Positions 26,377-39,896 of a stretch of 64,000 bases of DNA are shown here, in pieces; within the stretch, counting starts at the first letter, position 1; each line of letters opens with the position of its first letter. The translations under genes and the position numbers were made by a program. Under the pieces are notes generated by a model. It ran no database searches. It saw nothing but the letters and a program-made list of their open reading frames with translations, and was not told where the DNA came from. Source of the stretch: Podarcis pityusensis (Eukaryota); the NCBI GenBank assembly GCA_964106645.2, contig OZ067044.1, one strand, 5' to 3'.

Positions 26377-28617
26377 CTACAAGTTAATGTAAGTTGATTC
26401 AAATTAAGCACTATAAACCACAAGTAGTAAGCCACAGAACAGAGCTTGGGTGCAGCTTGTGGTTTGTCTAGCATGTGATAAAACACAAGCATGGGTTTGA
26501 ATGTAACATGAAGCCTAATTATAGTTGATCTGAAAGCAGTGCAAAGGCACCAGTATGACCCAAAGAGGAGCAAGGCAGCCACGACCTTTGCATGCTAAAG
26601 CTCTGGTTTGGCTTAGTGTTTTGTTGGAACTGGGTCATTCTAAAGTGTGGTGAAAGAGTTTTGGACACCCATTCGCTGCAGTCTGAAGCATTTGTTTTCA
26701 GGGCAGCAGAACGCAGACATTCTTTGAGATTTGCACTTCTCCGAATTTTGCCATGCAAAATTGCATACAAAACTGTAGAAATTCACATTTAAATGCTGAG
26801 GAAATTTTATGGGGACTTTTTATATTATTATTGCCAGCTGATGTGGAGATGCAGTGAACTGAATATAGGGACGTAAAAATGAAAGACAGAAAGAAGCCAA
26901 AACTGACAGTTTTGGTTATCCCTAGTTGTAAGCCACCCTGACTATGGAAGCGCGGGATATAATAAAATTTCTTAATGAATCATTCCTGTGTCTTAAAAAA
27001 CCTCTGTACATATTCATGAGCTGTTTGTTTGTTTGTTTGTTTGTTATTTCATTTCATTTCTGTCTCATGAAACATCCCATAGCAATTAATAAAAAACATA
27101 AAAATCCCTACAATCTACAATGCACAGGAAACTGTTAACTCTTCTTGCTCAGTTCCTGTGCACAATGGGCTTGGCATCTCCTAAACTAAACATGCCCCTT
27201 CAGACATGCCCACATTTTATCATATGCCAGGATTAGACACTCAGCCTCCCTTCCCTTCTGAACAGAGGAAAAGTGCTAGAGGCTCTTCATTGTGAGCAAG
27301 TTGTCATGGTGACTGATGTAGCTGTTTTCTTTCCTATTGATGGGAGTGGGGAAATTGATGGGAAGCTTTTTGTGGCCCTGACTCTTTTTCTTCTCTCTCA
27401 GATACAGCAGCCATTTTGTGTTATGCCAATGCCCCCCTCCCCATGGCAGCCATATATTTTTTTTACTGTTGCTGTGACACCCTGCCCACTGCCCCCAAAT
27501 GGTTGATGACTCCTGGTTAAGCTGATCAGTTAGATGATACTGTCAATAGTGGTAAGTCTGGACATGCTTAAATAAAAGTACTTTCCCAGGTTTTTAGGAA
27601 ATACTTTGCTACATTACTTACTACCGTAGTATCAGTTGTTTACTTTGCTTGTATGTGTCCAGTACCCTTAGACGCCATTACAGAAAATGTAAATTTTGTA
27701 ACGCCAAAGTATAATGTTCCCATCTGGTGAGTGTAAGGGTACAGTGATAAAGCTGCATTCCTTGACAATAGGAGTGGTTTGGAAAGGGTGAGACAGTGAA
27801 TATGTTTTACCGAGACAAATAATGCTACGATACAGTAATTGACTCTCATGGTTTGAAAAATGACATTTTGGATGTGATCCCACCTTCTGACTTTATGCTT
27901 GTCAGGAATAGGATCTATTAGTTCTTAACAGAAATAATAATAATAATAGCAAGCAGCCAAGGACAGCCGTGTGAATTGGCTTTAAATCAATGTTTCATGT
28001 CCCCCTCCTCCTTTGTGGGCTGTTCTTAATTCTCTGAAGTTAAGAGATGAGATTTTACAACCTTCAGCCCTTTTTGTCTTTTCTTTTTTTAAATATAGTG
28101 AGGTTACTAACCTCTTGCAGATTTTGTTTTCTTTCTTTGATAGTGGTCTGTATCCCCAAAACCAAGATCTCCTATATTGCTCTTAGATTAAAGAGAAATT
28201 AAACAAAAGAAGGAAAGAAACACTGGAAATGTTTTACATTTTGTCTCTCTTCAACAGTGTCATGTATGCACTTTAAGCTGCTATAGGAAATTCTACTTTC
28301 AGTTTATATCATTTATATTTTAGGTTATATTATTGCAGATACTTCCCTGGTCCATTCAAACAAACACAGCAGTGACCAATAGGTGTTAATCCTTCACCAG
28401 TTTAAATGGCACTCACTATGAACAGTTATTACAGGAACCTCCCTGGATGAGAGCTTAGTGATCTTGGTATTAGGTAACGTTTTGTTCTCTTTGCTATAGT
28501 AATTTGGACTGCAATATTTATTTTGGCGTTCCGCTCTTCAGTGACGCGGCCTCAGCAAAATGCTTTGATGATATTTACAAAAGGAAGATGAAACACAGGA
28601 GACAATTTCTTCTTTAT

Positions 28618-29066
28618 TAGTTAAAGCTATGGTTTTCCCAGTAGTGATGTATGGAAGTGAGAGCTGGACCATAAAGAAGGCTGATCGCCGAAGAATTGAT
28701 GCTTTTGAATTATGGTGCTGGAGGAGACTCTTGAGAGTCCCATGGACTGCAAGAAGATCAAACCTATCCATTCTTAAGGAAATCAGCCCTGAGTGCTCAC
28801 TGGAAGGACAGATCCTGAAGCTGAGGCTCTAATACTTTGGCCACCTCATGAGTAGAGCATACTGCCTGGAAAAGACCCTGATGTTGGGAAAGATGGAGGG
28901 CACAAGGAGAAGGGGACGACAGAGGACAAGATGGTTGGACAGTGTTCTCAAAGCTACCAGCATGAGTTTGATCAAACTGCGGGAGGCAGTGGAAGACAGG
29001 AGTGCCTGGCGTGCTCTGGTCCATGGGGTCATGAAGAGTCGGACATGACTAAACGACTAAACAACA
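28618..29066 (+). mobile_element. RTE-BovB LINE 3' fragment
   Basis: MVFPVVMYGSESWTIKKADRRRIDAFELWCWRRLLRVPWTARRSN, LEKTLMLGK.EG.RRRGRQR.RWLD; in-frame stop at about 28830; ends gactaaacaac. Confidence 0.95.
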
Positions 29067-29637
29067 GAATAACCTTACTTATGACATAATATTTATTAGC
29101 ATACAACTCTACGGTTTCTATACAAGAGTTATTTAGTCTAATCAAAATTATTTTCTAGATTGGTGGAAATATTCCAGACTAGGGATGGCCAAATTTCAGA
29201 AGTATATAGTTTGTGAATTGTGAATACAGATGCTGGACCAGAATAACATTTGGTCTAATTTGGTAATCATCATCTTCTCTGCAAAGTTCTGAACCAGAGA
29301 CTTCCTAGTTCACATTCACAACCAGTACATTAATCCAGGTCTTCACAGCCTGGTCTGATGACCACAGATTAACTCATCTTATTTGTTTCCCTGAAGCCCA
29401 CTGGAGCTGCCACTGTTGTTGCTTGCAGAATTATTAAGGTTGCTTCAAGCTCAAGATGACCATTTTTCTGGATAATCACCACCAATTGTGTCGCTGCTTT
29501 CTGCTGGTTGTTTGCTACATGCAATCCAAATGGTGTGTGTGTGTCCTGCTCTCTATGCTATATGGAAAGAGCATAGCTTGGTGCTAGAACACCTGCTTCA
29601 CATGCATTTCCAGGTAGTTCTGGGAATGTCCGCCATC

Positions 29638-32210
29638 TGGGATGTGTATACCTGTGAAGAGATCCAAGATTTAGAACCTCAAAGCCAAAGTGAGAGCATT
29701 TGGGTCAAAATTAAGGGAGAGAAGAATAACAGTGACCTCATTGTGGGAATTTACTATAGATCCCCAAGCCAAACGGAGGACATAGATGATGCCTTCCTGG
29801 AACAGATGGCCAAGCATGCAAAAGGAAGGGAGATAGTAGTAATGGGGGACTTCAATTACCCGGATATTTGTTGGTTGTCAAACTCAGCCAAGAGCTTAAG
29901 GTCAAACAGATTCCTCACTGGCCTTGCAGACAACTTCGTTGTCCAGAAGTGGGAGAAGCAACAAGAGGAACAGCCATTTTAGATCTGGTCCTAACCAATG
30001 TTGATGACCTGGTTAGTGGGGTAGAAGTGGAAGGATCATTAGGCGCGAGTGATCATGCTCTTCTGAAGTTTACTATACAGCGGAAAGGAGCAGCCAAGCA
30101 TACTAGGACTCAATTTCTTGACTTTAAGAAAGCCGACTTCATAAAACTTAGGGAAGTGCTGGGTGAGATCCCATGGACAGTAATACTAAAAGGAAAGGGA
30201 GTTCATGATGGCTGGGAGTTTGTTAAGAGGGAGATAGTAAAAGCACAACTTCAGGCAATACCAATGAGACGGAAACATGGAAGGTGCCTAAAGAAGCCAG
30301 GGTGGCTATCTAAAGAACTTTTAACTGAGTTAAGATTAAAAAAGGATGTGTACAAAAAATGGAAAAGGGGGGAAACCACCAAAGAGGAATTCAAACAAAT
30401 AGCCAGCACGTGTAGACACAAAGTCAGAAAAGCTAAAGCACAGAATGAACTCAGGCTTGCTAGAGAGGTTAAAAGCAACAAAAAAGGCTTTTATGGGTAT
30501 GTTCGTAGCAAAAGGAAGAACAAAGAAACAGTGGGGTCACTCAGAGGAGAAGATGGTGAGATGCAAACAGGGGACACAGAAAGGACTGAATTCCTCAATG
30601 CCTTCTTTGCCTCAGTCTTCTCCGATAAAGAAAACAATGCCCGACCTGAAGAATTTGGAGCAAATGATTCAGCAGAGGAAACACAGCCCAGAATAACTAA
30701 GGAGATAGTACAAGAATACTTGGCTAGTCTAGATGTATTCAAGTCTCCAGGGCCAGATGAACTGCATCCAAGAGTATTAAAAGAACTGGCAGATGTGATC
30801 TCAGAACCACTGGCAGTCATCTTTGAGAATTCCTGGAGAACAGGCGAAGTCCCGGCAGACTGGAGGAGGGCAAATGTTGTCCCTATTTTCAAAAAGGAGA
30901 AAAGAGAGGACCCAAATAATTACCGCCCAGTCAGTCTGACATCAATACCAGGGAAGATTCTGGAGCAGATCATTAAGCAAACAGTCTGTGAGCACCTAGA
31001 AAGGAATGCTGTGATCACCAATAGTCAGCATGGATTTCTGAAAAATAAGTCATGTCAGACTAACCTGATCTCGTTTTTTGACAGAATTACAAGCCTGGTA
31101 GATGAAGGGAACGCAGTGGATGTAGCCTACCTTGATTTCAGCAAGGCATTTGACAAGGTGCCCCATGATATTCTTGTAAAGAAGCTGGTAAAATGCGGTC
31201 TTGACTATGCTACCACTCAGTGGATTTGTAACTGGCTGACTGACCGAACCCAAAGGGTGCTCATCAATGGTTCCTCTTCATCCTTGAGAAGAGTGATTAG
31301 TGGGGTGCCACAGGGTTCTGTCTTGGGCCCGGTCTTATTCAACATCTTTATCAACGACTTGGATGATGGACTCAAGGGCATCCTGATCAAATTTGCAGAT
31401 GACACCAAACTGGGAGGGGTGGCTAACACCCCAGAGGACAGGATCACACTTCAAAACGACCTTGACAGATTAGAGAACTGGGCCAAAACAAACAAGATGA
31501 ATTTTAACAGGGAGAAATGTAAAGTATTGCACTTGGGCAAAAAAAATGAGAGGCACAAATACAAGATGGGGGACACCTGGCTTGAGAGCAGTACATGTGA
31601 AAAGGATCTAGGAGTCTTGGTTGACCACAAACTTGACATGAGCCAACAGTGTGACGCGGCAGCTAAAAAAGCCAATGCAATTCTAGGCTGCATCAATAGG
31701 AGTATAGCATCTAGATCAAGGGAAGTAATAGTGCCACTGTATTCTGCTCTGGTCAGACCTCACCTGGAGTACTGTGTCCAGTTCTGGGCACCACAGTTCA
31801 AGAAGGACACTGACAAACTGGAACGTGTCCAGAGGAGGGCAACCAAAATGGTCAAAGGCCTGGAAACAATGCCTTATGAGGAACGGCTAAGGGAGCTGGG
31901 CATGTTTAGCCTGGAGAAGTGGAGGTTAAGGGGTGATATGATAGCCATGTTCAAATACATAAAAGGATGTCACATAGAGGAGGGAGAAAGGTTGTTTTCT
32001 GCTGCTCCAGAGAAGCGGACACGGAGCAATGGATCCAAACTACAAGAAAGAAGATTCCACCTAAACATTAGGAAGAACTTCCTGACAGTAAGAGCAGAGG
32101 CTTGACAACCATATGTCAGGAGTGCTCTGATGGTGTTTCCTGCTTGGCAGGGGGTTGGACTCGATGGCCCTTGTGGTCTCTTCCAACTCTATGATTCTAT
32201 GATTCTATGA
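29638..32210 (+). mobile_element. 5'-truncated CR1 LINE (partial APE endonuclease plus reverse transcriptase)
   Basis: YRSP, MGDFN, LDLVL, SDH (EN); [26 protein letters not shown] (RT); one frameshift near 29945; (ATTCTATG)n tail. Confidence 0.97.
29868..32105 (+). pseudogene. CR1 ORF2 remnant (745-aa open frame)
   Basis: Uninterrupted RT domain but N-truncated, frameshifted upstream and with an altered C-terminus. Confidence 0.9.
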
Positions 32211-35200
32211 AACTGGTGCTGCCAGTCAGTGTAGAGAATATGGAACTAGGTGGACCAATGGTTTGACTGGGTATGAGGCAGCTTGTTCCTATGATCAAAG
32301 CTGATCCAAATGGATTGACAATACCAGCATGAGTTGTACAGTAATGGCAAGGATTGCACCAGTCCCTCTCCTCTGTAAAAGGTGGTACATTTTCTCCTTG
32401 TGGGGTGCTATCTGAAAGTAGCCTAAATGTACTGAGGAATTTGTCTTAGAAACATTTTGAACTCCGTGATACCCATGTAAGGATAGTCAACATATGCTGA
32501 ATACCCAGGCATAATGTGAACATTTAGGGGCTTCACTCTTCTAAGCAGCATATTTCTCAAGTTATCTTCAGTAAGTAAATGAAGACATAGAACCAAACCC
32601 TTTTAAAAAAAAGAGTTCAAATTGCAATTGTTTTTCAAACCTATTGATTGTGACACTAGTGTACTCTTCGTCTGATTTTTTGCAGAGTATAATTTATGCC
32701 TCCTCTTTTGGAGTGCTGTTTCATTTGGCCCATATTTGAATATACTGTCAAAAGAAAAGAATGCCCTTCTTGAAAACAGTATCAAATATTTTATACGCAG
32801 TGCATTTTAAAGAGTCCCTGTGGCAAAGGCCTGTATTAAATTTCATGTTCACAGTTGTACTAAAGCAAGATCTTACCCTATCTTTTATATTCCTTTTGTA
32901 CATATCATCAAAGCATTTCACTTAGGCCAAGTCACTGAAGAGCAGAAAGCCAAAATAAATATTGCTGTTTAAATTACTAGGGCAAAGGGACCACAATTTT
33001 ATCCAACACCAAAATCATGAATCTCTGATCTAGGGAGGTAACTGTAGTAAGGTTTCTACATTTTATAGATTTGGCTAACATATCAGTTTTGATTATGCTG
33101 GTTATTTATTCCTGATTACTAAAGACATTCTTCCATCTAAACAGTAATTTATCTTGACAGACTTTTGGACTGATAACATTTATAGTAACTTAAAATTGCA
33201 GTTGCCCGTCAAATGAAGGTCCTTGTTCTTACATTCTTTAAATCTGCAACTAGGCCTCTTAACAGTTAGGAGTAAAGATAATGCATGTGAAGTCGTCTAC
33301 TTCTTCTGGATCCTTGCTAGATATGGAGAACATAGGAAGTGCCTTGTTGTACCACATCTAGCTCAGGCCTGTCTGCACCACTGGTCTTCTGCTGTGGGTC
33401 AGGATCCAGTACTCTGTACCAACCCGATCTACAGTATGTCATAACAGCACTGCCACCACCATACAAAAGCATGGTGAAAAATTACTGTGAGCCCACAAAT
33501 GCATGTCTGGGCTAAAGGTGGCATTTAGAATGTCTTAATAGGAAGAATGTCATGAGATCACACAGCACTGTGAGAACTAGTTGCAATGGAAATGCTAATC
33601 CGTTGTGGGGATCACATTTACACACATTCATGCAGCAATAACAACTGAGAAAACTACACTTCTCTGCAATCAAAATTGTAGACCACCTATAAAAGACATC
33701 TAGATCCATCCTCAATGGCTATGCTAATTTAGAGATTATGGTCTGGATCCTACCACAGCTGCTGCATTAGGACCACACTGGGCCACAGCTCAGTGGCAAA
33801 GCATCTGCCTTGCATGCAGAAGACCTCAGGTTGTGTGAACAGCAATGTGGGATGTACATAACTTAAATGAATAAATAAGAACAATCTAATTTACATTTGG
33901 TTCCTGACCCAGGAATGGAAAAGAATTCACAAGCTGAAGTCTGCTACTCTATATGTATACATCTCCCTTGCTGGATTGCATTTTAAGGCTGTATGATACA
34001 TATCCCAGATACACTGTCCACATTTGTGAATTCTCCTCTTTCTGGCTTAAAATGGATCACGCTGTCTCGTTTTGTGACGAAAAGCACATGAAACCAAAAG
34101 GATTAATGCAATTTGTCCTAACCAAGACATTAGGGTTGTGTGCCCAGCCCAATAAAAGGAAATACATTGTTCATGATTTCATTTGCAGTGACAGAACAAG
34201 AGAAGGAAAGAGAGAGACAGAGAGTGAAAAAACAAAAATACAATATACAGGAGCCTAAGCTGAAACCTCATTTGTCACGGAAAGGGGGCTTTGGCACAAT
34301 CCAGCCTGTTTGTAATGTAGTGTCTCCAGTCGGCTTGAGTAAAAGTTGGCTGCAGTTTCTTAGAACCTGCCTTTTGAGACTCAGTGGCTGCTTTTCTTCC
34401 CACAGATTTGATTACACTAATTGCACATTTTTTACAATTATAAAATCAAGGTCATGGGACAACATAAAATGCTAGAAATTGATGGCTTTTGTTTTTATCC
34501 TGCTTTTAGTGAGGTGTTTGTCCTTTCCCCCAGCTGCATTTTTAACTAGCCTATAAACATTGTAGATCTGTTGGACATAATATTTTATGGATTTCAGCTT
34601 CTTTTTAAAGGAAAAACATGTAGGAACAATGTGATATGACAGAAGGAAGCTCTGTCAAAATCCTTGTGGTTTTTTTTTAAACTGTAGTCCTATAACAGTA
34701 AATCCTATAGTTCTGAATAGACATGCATAGGATCGCACTGTCAGGGCTCACCCAACACTTTTGCTTGACCCGTATTTTGATTGTATTGTGTGCCAATTAA
34801 TTTCCCCAGGTTTGATAGCTTTTGCGGGCCCAGGCGCAGTGGAGCCAAGGGCAGAAGGGGTCTGAATACAACACAGGTGGCAATAAAACATGTGACAGCC
34901 ATATGGGATTAAACAGGCCACAACTTCTCCAAAAGATAACTGAGGCCAAGGCACGGGTGTGGCTAGTTTATATTTCCCAAGAGGGGCCCAGAAGGAAGAC
35001 TGCGAGATGAAGTCTCCCCTCTGGTCTGTTCCCCAAGCCATGTCCATGAACTCCCCTGTGATTTGTTGCACTGCCTATGAGAGAGTCTCCAGCAACCAGT
35101 GTGGTCCATAGGAGCCAACTCCTAGGAGCTGAGGGATCTTCAGCCCCCCCAAACAAATATTTGAGGGGGCTGGGGGTCCCCAAAGTTGATGGGCATTGCC

Positions 35201-35631
35201 ATTCAAATGGTGTGCATGCACCACATCATGTGATAGATTATGCAAGGCAGGGCTTACTTGGACTATTGTTCCGTGGTTGTGCCATGCAAAAACCCAATCT
35301 TATTTGTTGAATCAGATCTTATCAGATGCATGGGAAATCTGAAGAGAAATTTTGCTTAACCAAGCTTCAATTTGGTGAGTAAGATTGGATTTTTGCAAGG
35401 CTCAGCCACAGAACAATGAGAAAGCTCTCGGATCCGGGGTTCCACGCTGCTTCCACATCAGTCTGGTTTTTTATTTAATCCACATGCCAGTTTGAATTCA
35501 AAGTACCTATTTAAATGCATAATCTTAAATGCACTTTAAGACATATTTTATCTCAAAACACACACACACACATTGTATATTTTATTTTATTTTTTAAAAT
35601 GTAATTTTAAAACTTATTTTATCTTAAAATA

Positions 35632-35861
35632 CAGTGGTACCTTGGGTTAAGTACTTACCGTAATTCGTTCCGGAGGTCTGTTCTTAACCTGAAGCACCAC
35701 TTTAGCTAATGGGGCCTCCTGCTGCTGCCGCGCCGCCGGAGCATGATTTCTGTTCTTATCCTGAAGCAAAGTTCTTAACCCAAGGTCCTATTTCTGGGTT
35801 AGCGGAGTCTTTAACCTGAAGCGTATGTAACCTGAAGCGTATGTAACCCGAGGTACCACTG
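35632..35861. mobile_element. Tigger-like MITE (CAGTGGTACC termini)
   Basis: TIRs with TA TSD; sister copy in opposite orientation at 59118-59335. Confidence 0.9.
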
Positions 35862-36609
35862 TATCCCAATTTAAAACATAATTTTGAGATGAGAATGTCA
35901 TTGCAAAATGTGGAGAAGTGTGACATCTGAGGAATGGCCGTGTTCTGACCTGCACATTAGTCTAGCAGTCTGGGAAGTTCAGATTAGGGCAGTTCATATC
36001 AGGGTTTAAAAATAATGAATTCTCCAAGCAGCCATAACGTCTACTTTGGCCCCGCTCTCCAGCTGCTAATACACATGCAACCATATTCCTGTTGGCCCTG
36101 TCAAAGGCTTGATGTCCAGTTTTATAGACCACCATAACCCCGTTAAATTGCCTCAGTCTGCTTTACAGATGGGGGGGGGGAGGGAAATAAGGAGAGGCAT
36201 GCATTTCTACATTTCTACGTTTGTGAGAAAAGTGCATAAAAGACAAGGAATGAATCAACCAACCCAGAAAGCAGAGGTGGACGAGGACTGTGGTTTAAGT
36301 GGGGATTTCCATCGAACCAACAGTAGGTGACAACTCATGTGGAATGAATACATACCAGACAAGGCATGCAATCCCTAATATTGACCTAAGAGCCCAAATA
36401 ACTGGGTGTGAAGGTTGGGAGGAAAGCAGTGACAGATGTGTTTCTTACCCAATGTAAGTAACAGTCAAAATGGACGGCACAGAGAAAGGGTTTTCATTTA
36501 TTATTTCAGTATGTATAGCCCTATTTTCCACCATGAAGGATCTGCAAAAGCCCAGAATTATTTGTGTGGGTGGTGAAATATGCTTCAAATGTGCTTTAAA
36601 GGTATAGCA

Positions 36610-36861
36610 CAGGGTCAGCAACCTTTTTCAGCCGTGGGCCGGTCCACCATCCCTCAGACCATGTGGTGGGCTGGACTATATTTTTTGGGGGGTAAATATG
36701 AATGAATTCCTATGCCCCACAAATAACCCAGAGGTGCATTTTAAATAAAACGACACATTCTACTCATGTAAAAACACACTGATTCCCGGACCGTCCGCGG
36801 GCTGGATTGAGAAGGTGATTGGGCCACATCAGGCCGACGAGCCTTGGGTTGCCTTCCCCTG
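36610..36861. mobile_element. hAT MITE
   Basis: CAGGG..CCCTG ends; exact 8-bp TSD GTATAGCA; same family as 53828-54408. Confidence 0.9.
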
Positions 36862-36925
36862 GTATAGCAGGTATTCAGCTTAATGCTCCTTTAAGAATTG
36901 GGTTGGAAAGACAAAGGGGTGTGTG

Positions 36926-36926
<1 letters not shown>

Positions 36927-36958
<32 letters not shown>
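36927..36958. repeat. (TG)n microsatellite
   Basis: Direct observation. Confidence 0.95.
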
Positions 36959-36959
<1 letters not shown>

Positions 36960-39551
36960 CCAGAGCAGAAAGAGAAGCAGCAGAAGCCGGAAGGTTGATC
37001 ACGGTGAAGGTCTTTTATGTTAAAACTACGTATTTGTCGTTCATTTCTAGCTTTCTTCATTAATAGAAGGAACAACACAAAGCCCACTTTGTCACCTGCA
37101 TGAAATGAAATCTTATTCAGCAAGTATGTAAAGGAAACAATTGCACAGAAGGAATGGCACCGAGAGGCAACAATTACAGTGATAATTAAATCTTACTGTT
37201 CTTAATTCTCCCCAGTTCCCCTTTCCCTTGCCTCTCTTTGTGAAATTTCCAAATTAAAAATTAATTAAAAAGAACAAGCTTAAATGTATGTTAAATAGAC
37301 ACACCTTTGATTTGTAATTGCAGCAATTATTATATTAACACCCAGAGAGGTAGGGAACAATTAAGAAGAAGAAACAACCATAGCACATGTATAGTGCCTG
37401 AGGGTGTCCTGCTCCAGGTGACTCTACCTTCAGAAAGTAGGTGAGGGGAATTGGTGGCAGGGCCTTATTGGTTGTGGTGACTTATCTAAGGAATGTCTTC
37501 CTCAGATGCATTTAGCCGCCCCTCCCCGCATTACTGTATTTAAGATGCCTGTTGCTTTTAGTGACCCCTGATTTTGGATTTGCATGTTCTTTATGCCCCA
37601 TCTTCTGATATTGTTCTTAGATTGGCTTAATTGTTGGGTTAGTTGCTTTTAGTTAATCATTTTTAAATTGTTAATTTGTTTGAGTTATTCTTTTATAAAC
37701 TCCCTGTGGCCTTGTGCAGAAAGGCAGGAGAGAATTTCTTTAAATACACATTCATGCCACATTTTGATAATATTAATATGGGATAGGACACAGAAGATAA
37801 AGGCAGTGCACATTTGCCAGTATCACACAGATTGATTTCCATTTACCATTACTAAATAATATTGTATGCTTTCTGGTTTAGGCAAGTGAGCCATCTTCTT
37901 CTACCCAGAAGGTTTTATGGACATTTTTACAGGTGAAGATGCCTCGCTTATAAACACAGGTACAGAATTCGCTGAAGCAGTAGTCGCTTCATCCAAGATT
38001 TGATTGTCATAAAACAATCTTGTGGACATGCTGTAAGACTACTTCTTTGACATCACAATAATTGTTGGTCTGCTAATGACTGCTGGAGACCCCAATAATT
38101 GGATCTTTGGTGGCTGTACCTAGTCAATGGGGGGGACTGCTTTTCCATTTGGTGTTTGTGTAATTTAAGTTGCATTTCCCCCCTATATATGGGGAAAATT
38201 TACTATGAGGCATGTGATATTTCTTAATGTAACATTAGATATCCTACACTGGGAGGGCTGAATTTGTAAAGTCTGTAAAAAAACAAACAAAAAACCCACA
38301 AAAATTCATACTGATATGAGTCCTTCATCACCCTTAGAGTATCACAGTGTTGTGGTGGTGCTGAGACTTTGCTTCTGTAATACTTCAACAAACAGAATCC
38401 TTGGGCTATTTCTCTTCATTAGCCTCACGGAGCAGTAAAAATGTGTGCCAACGTTGGCCTCATGCAGAGGAACAATCAGAGGAAGTAGTTCAAAGAGGTC
38501 ATTCCTCCCCTTTCCCAGTGACCTGTGCTTCCCTCCTCCCTTAAATCAGCAGCGGCAAAGATCAAGAAGCATCAAAAGATTAAGATTTTCCACTTCGGAG
38601 CATTGTGTGCACATTAGCAGCATTACACTACATTGCCCATGATTCGTTTTTAATTTCAAGATAGATAGATATGACAGGCAGAGGAAGAACCGCAGAATGG
38701 GATGTAGCAGAGAAACCGTGGGAGAGGAAGGGTGTTGGTTAAAAAGCTGTGGGAGATTAAGGCAAACACCGCTTTTCAAATAGATCTTTGTATTTTGCAC
38801 AAGTTCCTTATGTGGAGAGAGAACAAAAAAATTAATAATAAAAAAATCAAGCTCCACGTGTCTTTGAAACTCCTGTGTTTCCTAAAAGGGCTTGCAGGTA
38901 TGGTTGCCAGCTGTTTATTATTTTACTTGTCCATCCACATAAACTCATAAACCTGGCAGGTGGCCAGGACTGAAGACAGAAAAGTCTGGGAACTTCGGAG
39001 TCAAACTAGCTCTTAAAAAATAAAATAAGATCATATTGGCCCCATTTTTCTGCTTTGTCCTCACAGTTTCTTTCCAGGTACCGCTCTTAACCATTATAGT
39101 TCTGACACCCCAGCCCTGCCCAGCAAGGTGGAGGGAACTGCTTCTGTATCTCCTTGGATTGCACTTGTAAGGTTTATATAGGGAACAAATCGAGAAAGAA
39201 ATGTTGTGGTTATGAATAGGATGTATCAGAATCATGTGGGTGTTGCTTGGGGGAAAAAATCCATCCAGACATTCTTTTTGTAGTGCCTTTATGATGAGTT
39301 GTGTCTGAAAAAGTTTTGGGAAGGCCACACTTCTTCATTTCCAATCGGTACATATCCTATAATGTCCTGCTGAAACCCCATAAGATTTAATACTACAAAT
39401 GTTCTGGGTTATTTTTGTCCCTCCTTGGTTGTACAAGTGCCTAAAGCCCTTTAAATACTACAACTGCTGTGTAGAATGGCAAACAAGTGAGTTCTTTTTG
39501 GTGGTGTGGCCATGTTGGGATCCTCACATTTGAAGAGGTCTTTTAAGAGTA

Positions 39552-39896
39552 AAGGTAAAGGGACCCCTGACCATTAGGTCCAGTTGTGGCCGACTCTGGG
39601 GTTGCGGCGCTCATCTCGCTTTATTGGCCGAGGGAGCCGGCGTACAGCTTCTGGGTCATGTGGCCAGCATGACTAAGCAGCTTCTTAGTCTGCAGCACAC
39701 GGAAACACCGTTTACCTTCCCGCTGGAGTGGTACCTATTTATCTACTTGCACTTTGACGTGCTTTTGAACTGCTAGGTTGGCAGGAGCAAGGACCAAGCA
39801 ACGGGAGCTCACCCCGTTGCGGGGATTTGAACTGCCGACCTTCTGATCGGCAAGTCCTAGGCTCAGTGGTTTAACCCACAGCACCACCCATGTCCC
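39552..39896 (-). mobile_element. Full-length Sauria SINE
   Basis: tRNA-like head to (ACCTTT)n tail; 12-bp TSD CTTTTAAGAGTA at 39540-39551 and 39900-39911. Confidence 0.95.

Noticed and set aside
29488-29982. 164-aa ORF as a novel fusion protein
   Set aside because: Chance read-through from flank and SINE into the truncated CR1 endonuclease; GTG start
37933-38050. Plus-strand acceptor ttttacag|GTGAAGATG
   Set aside because: Frames close quickly; no recognisable product or linked exons
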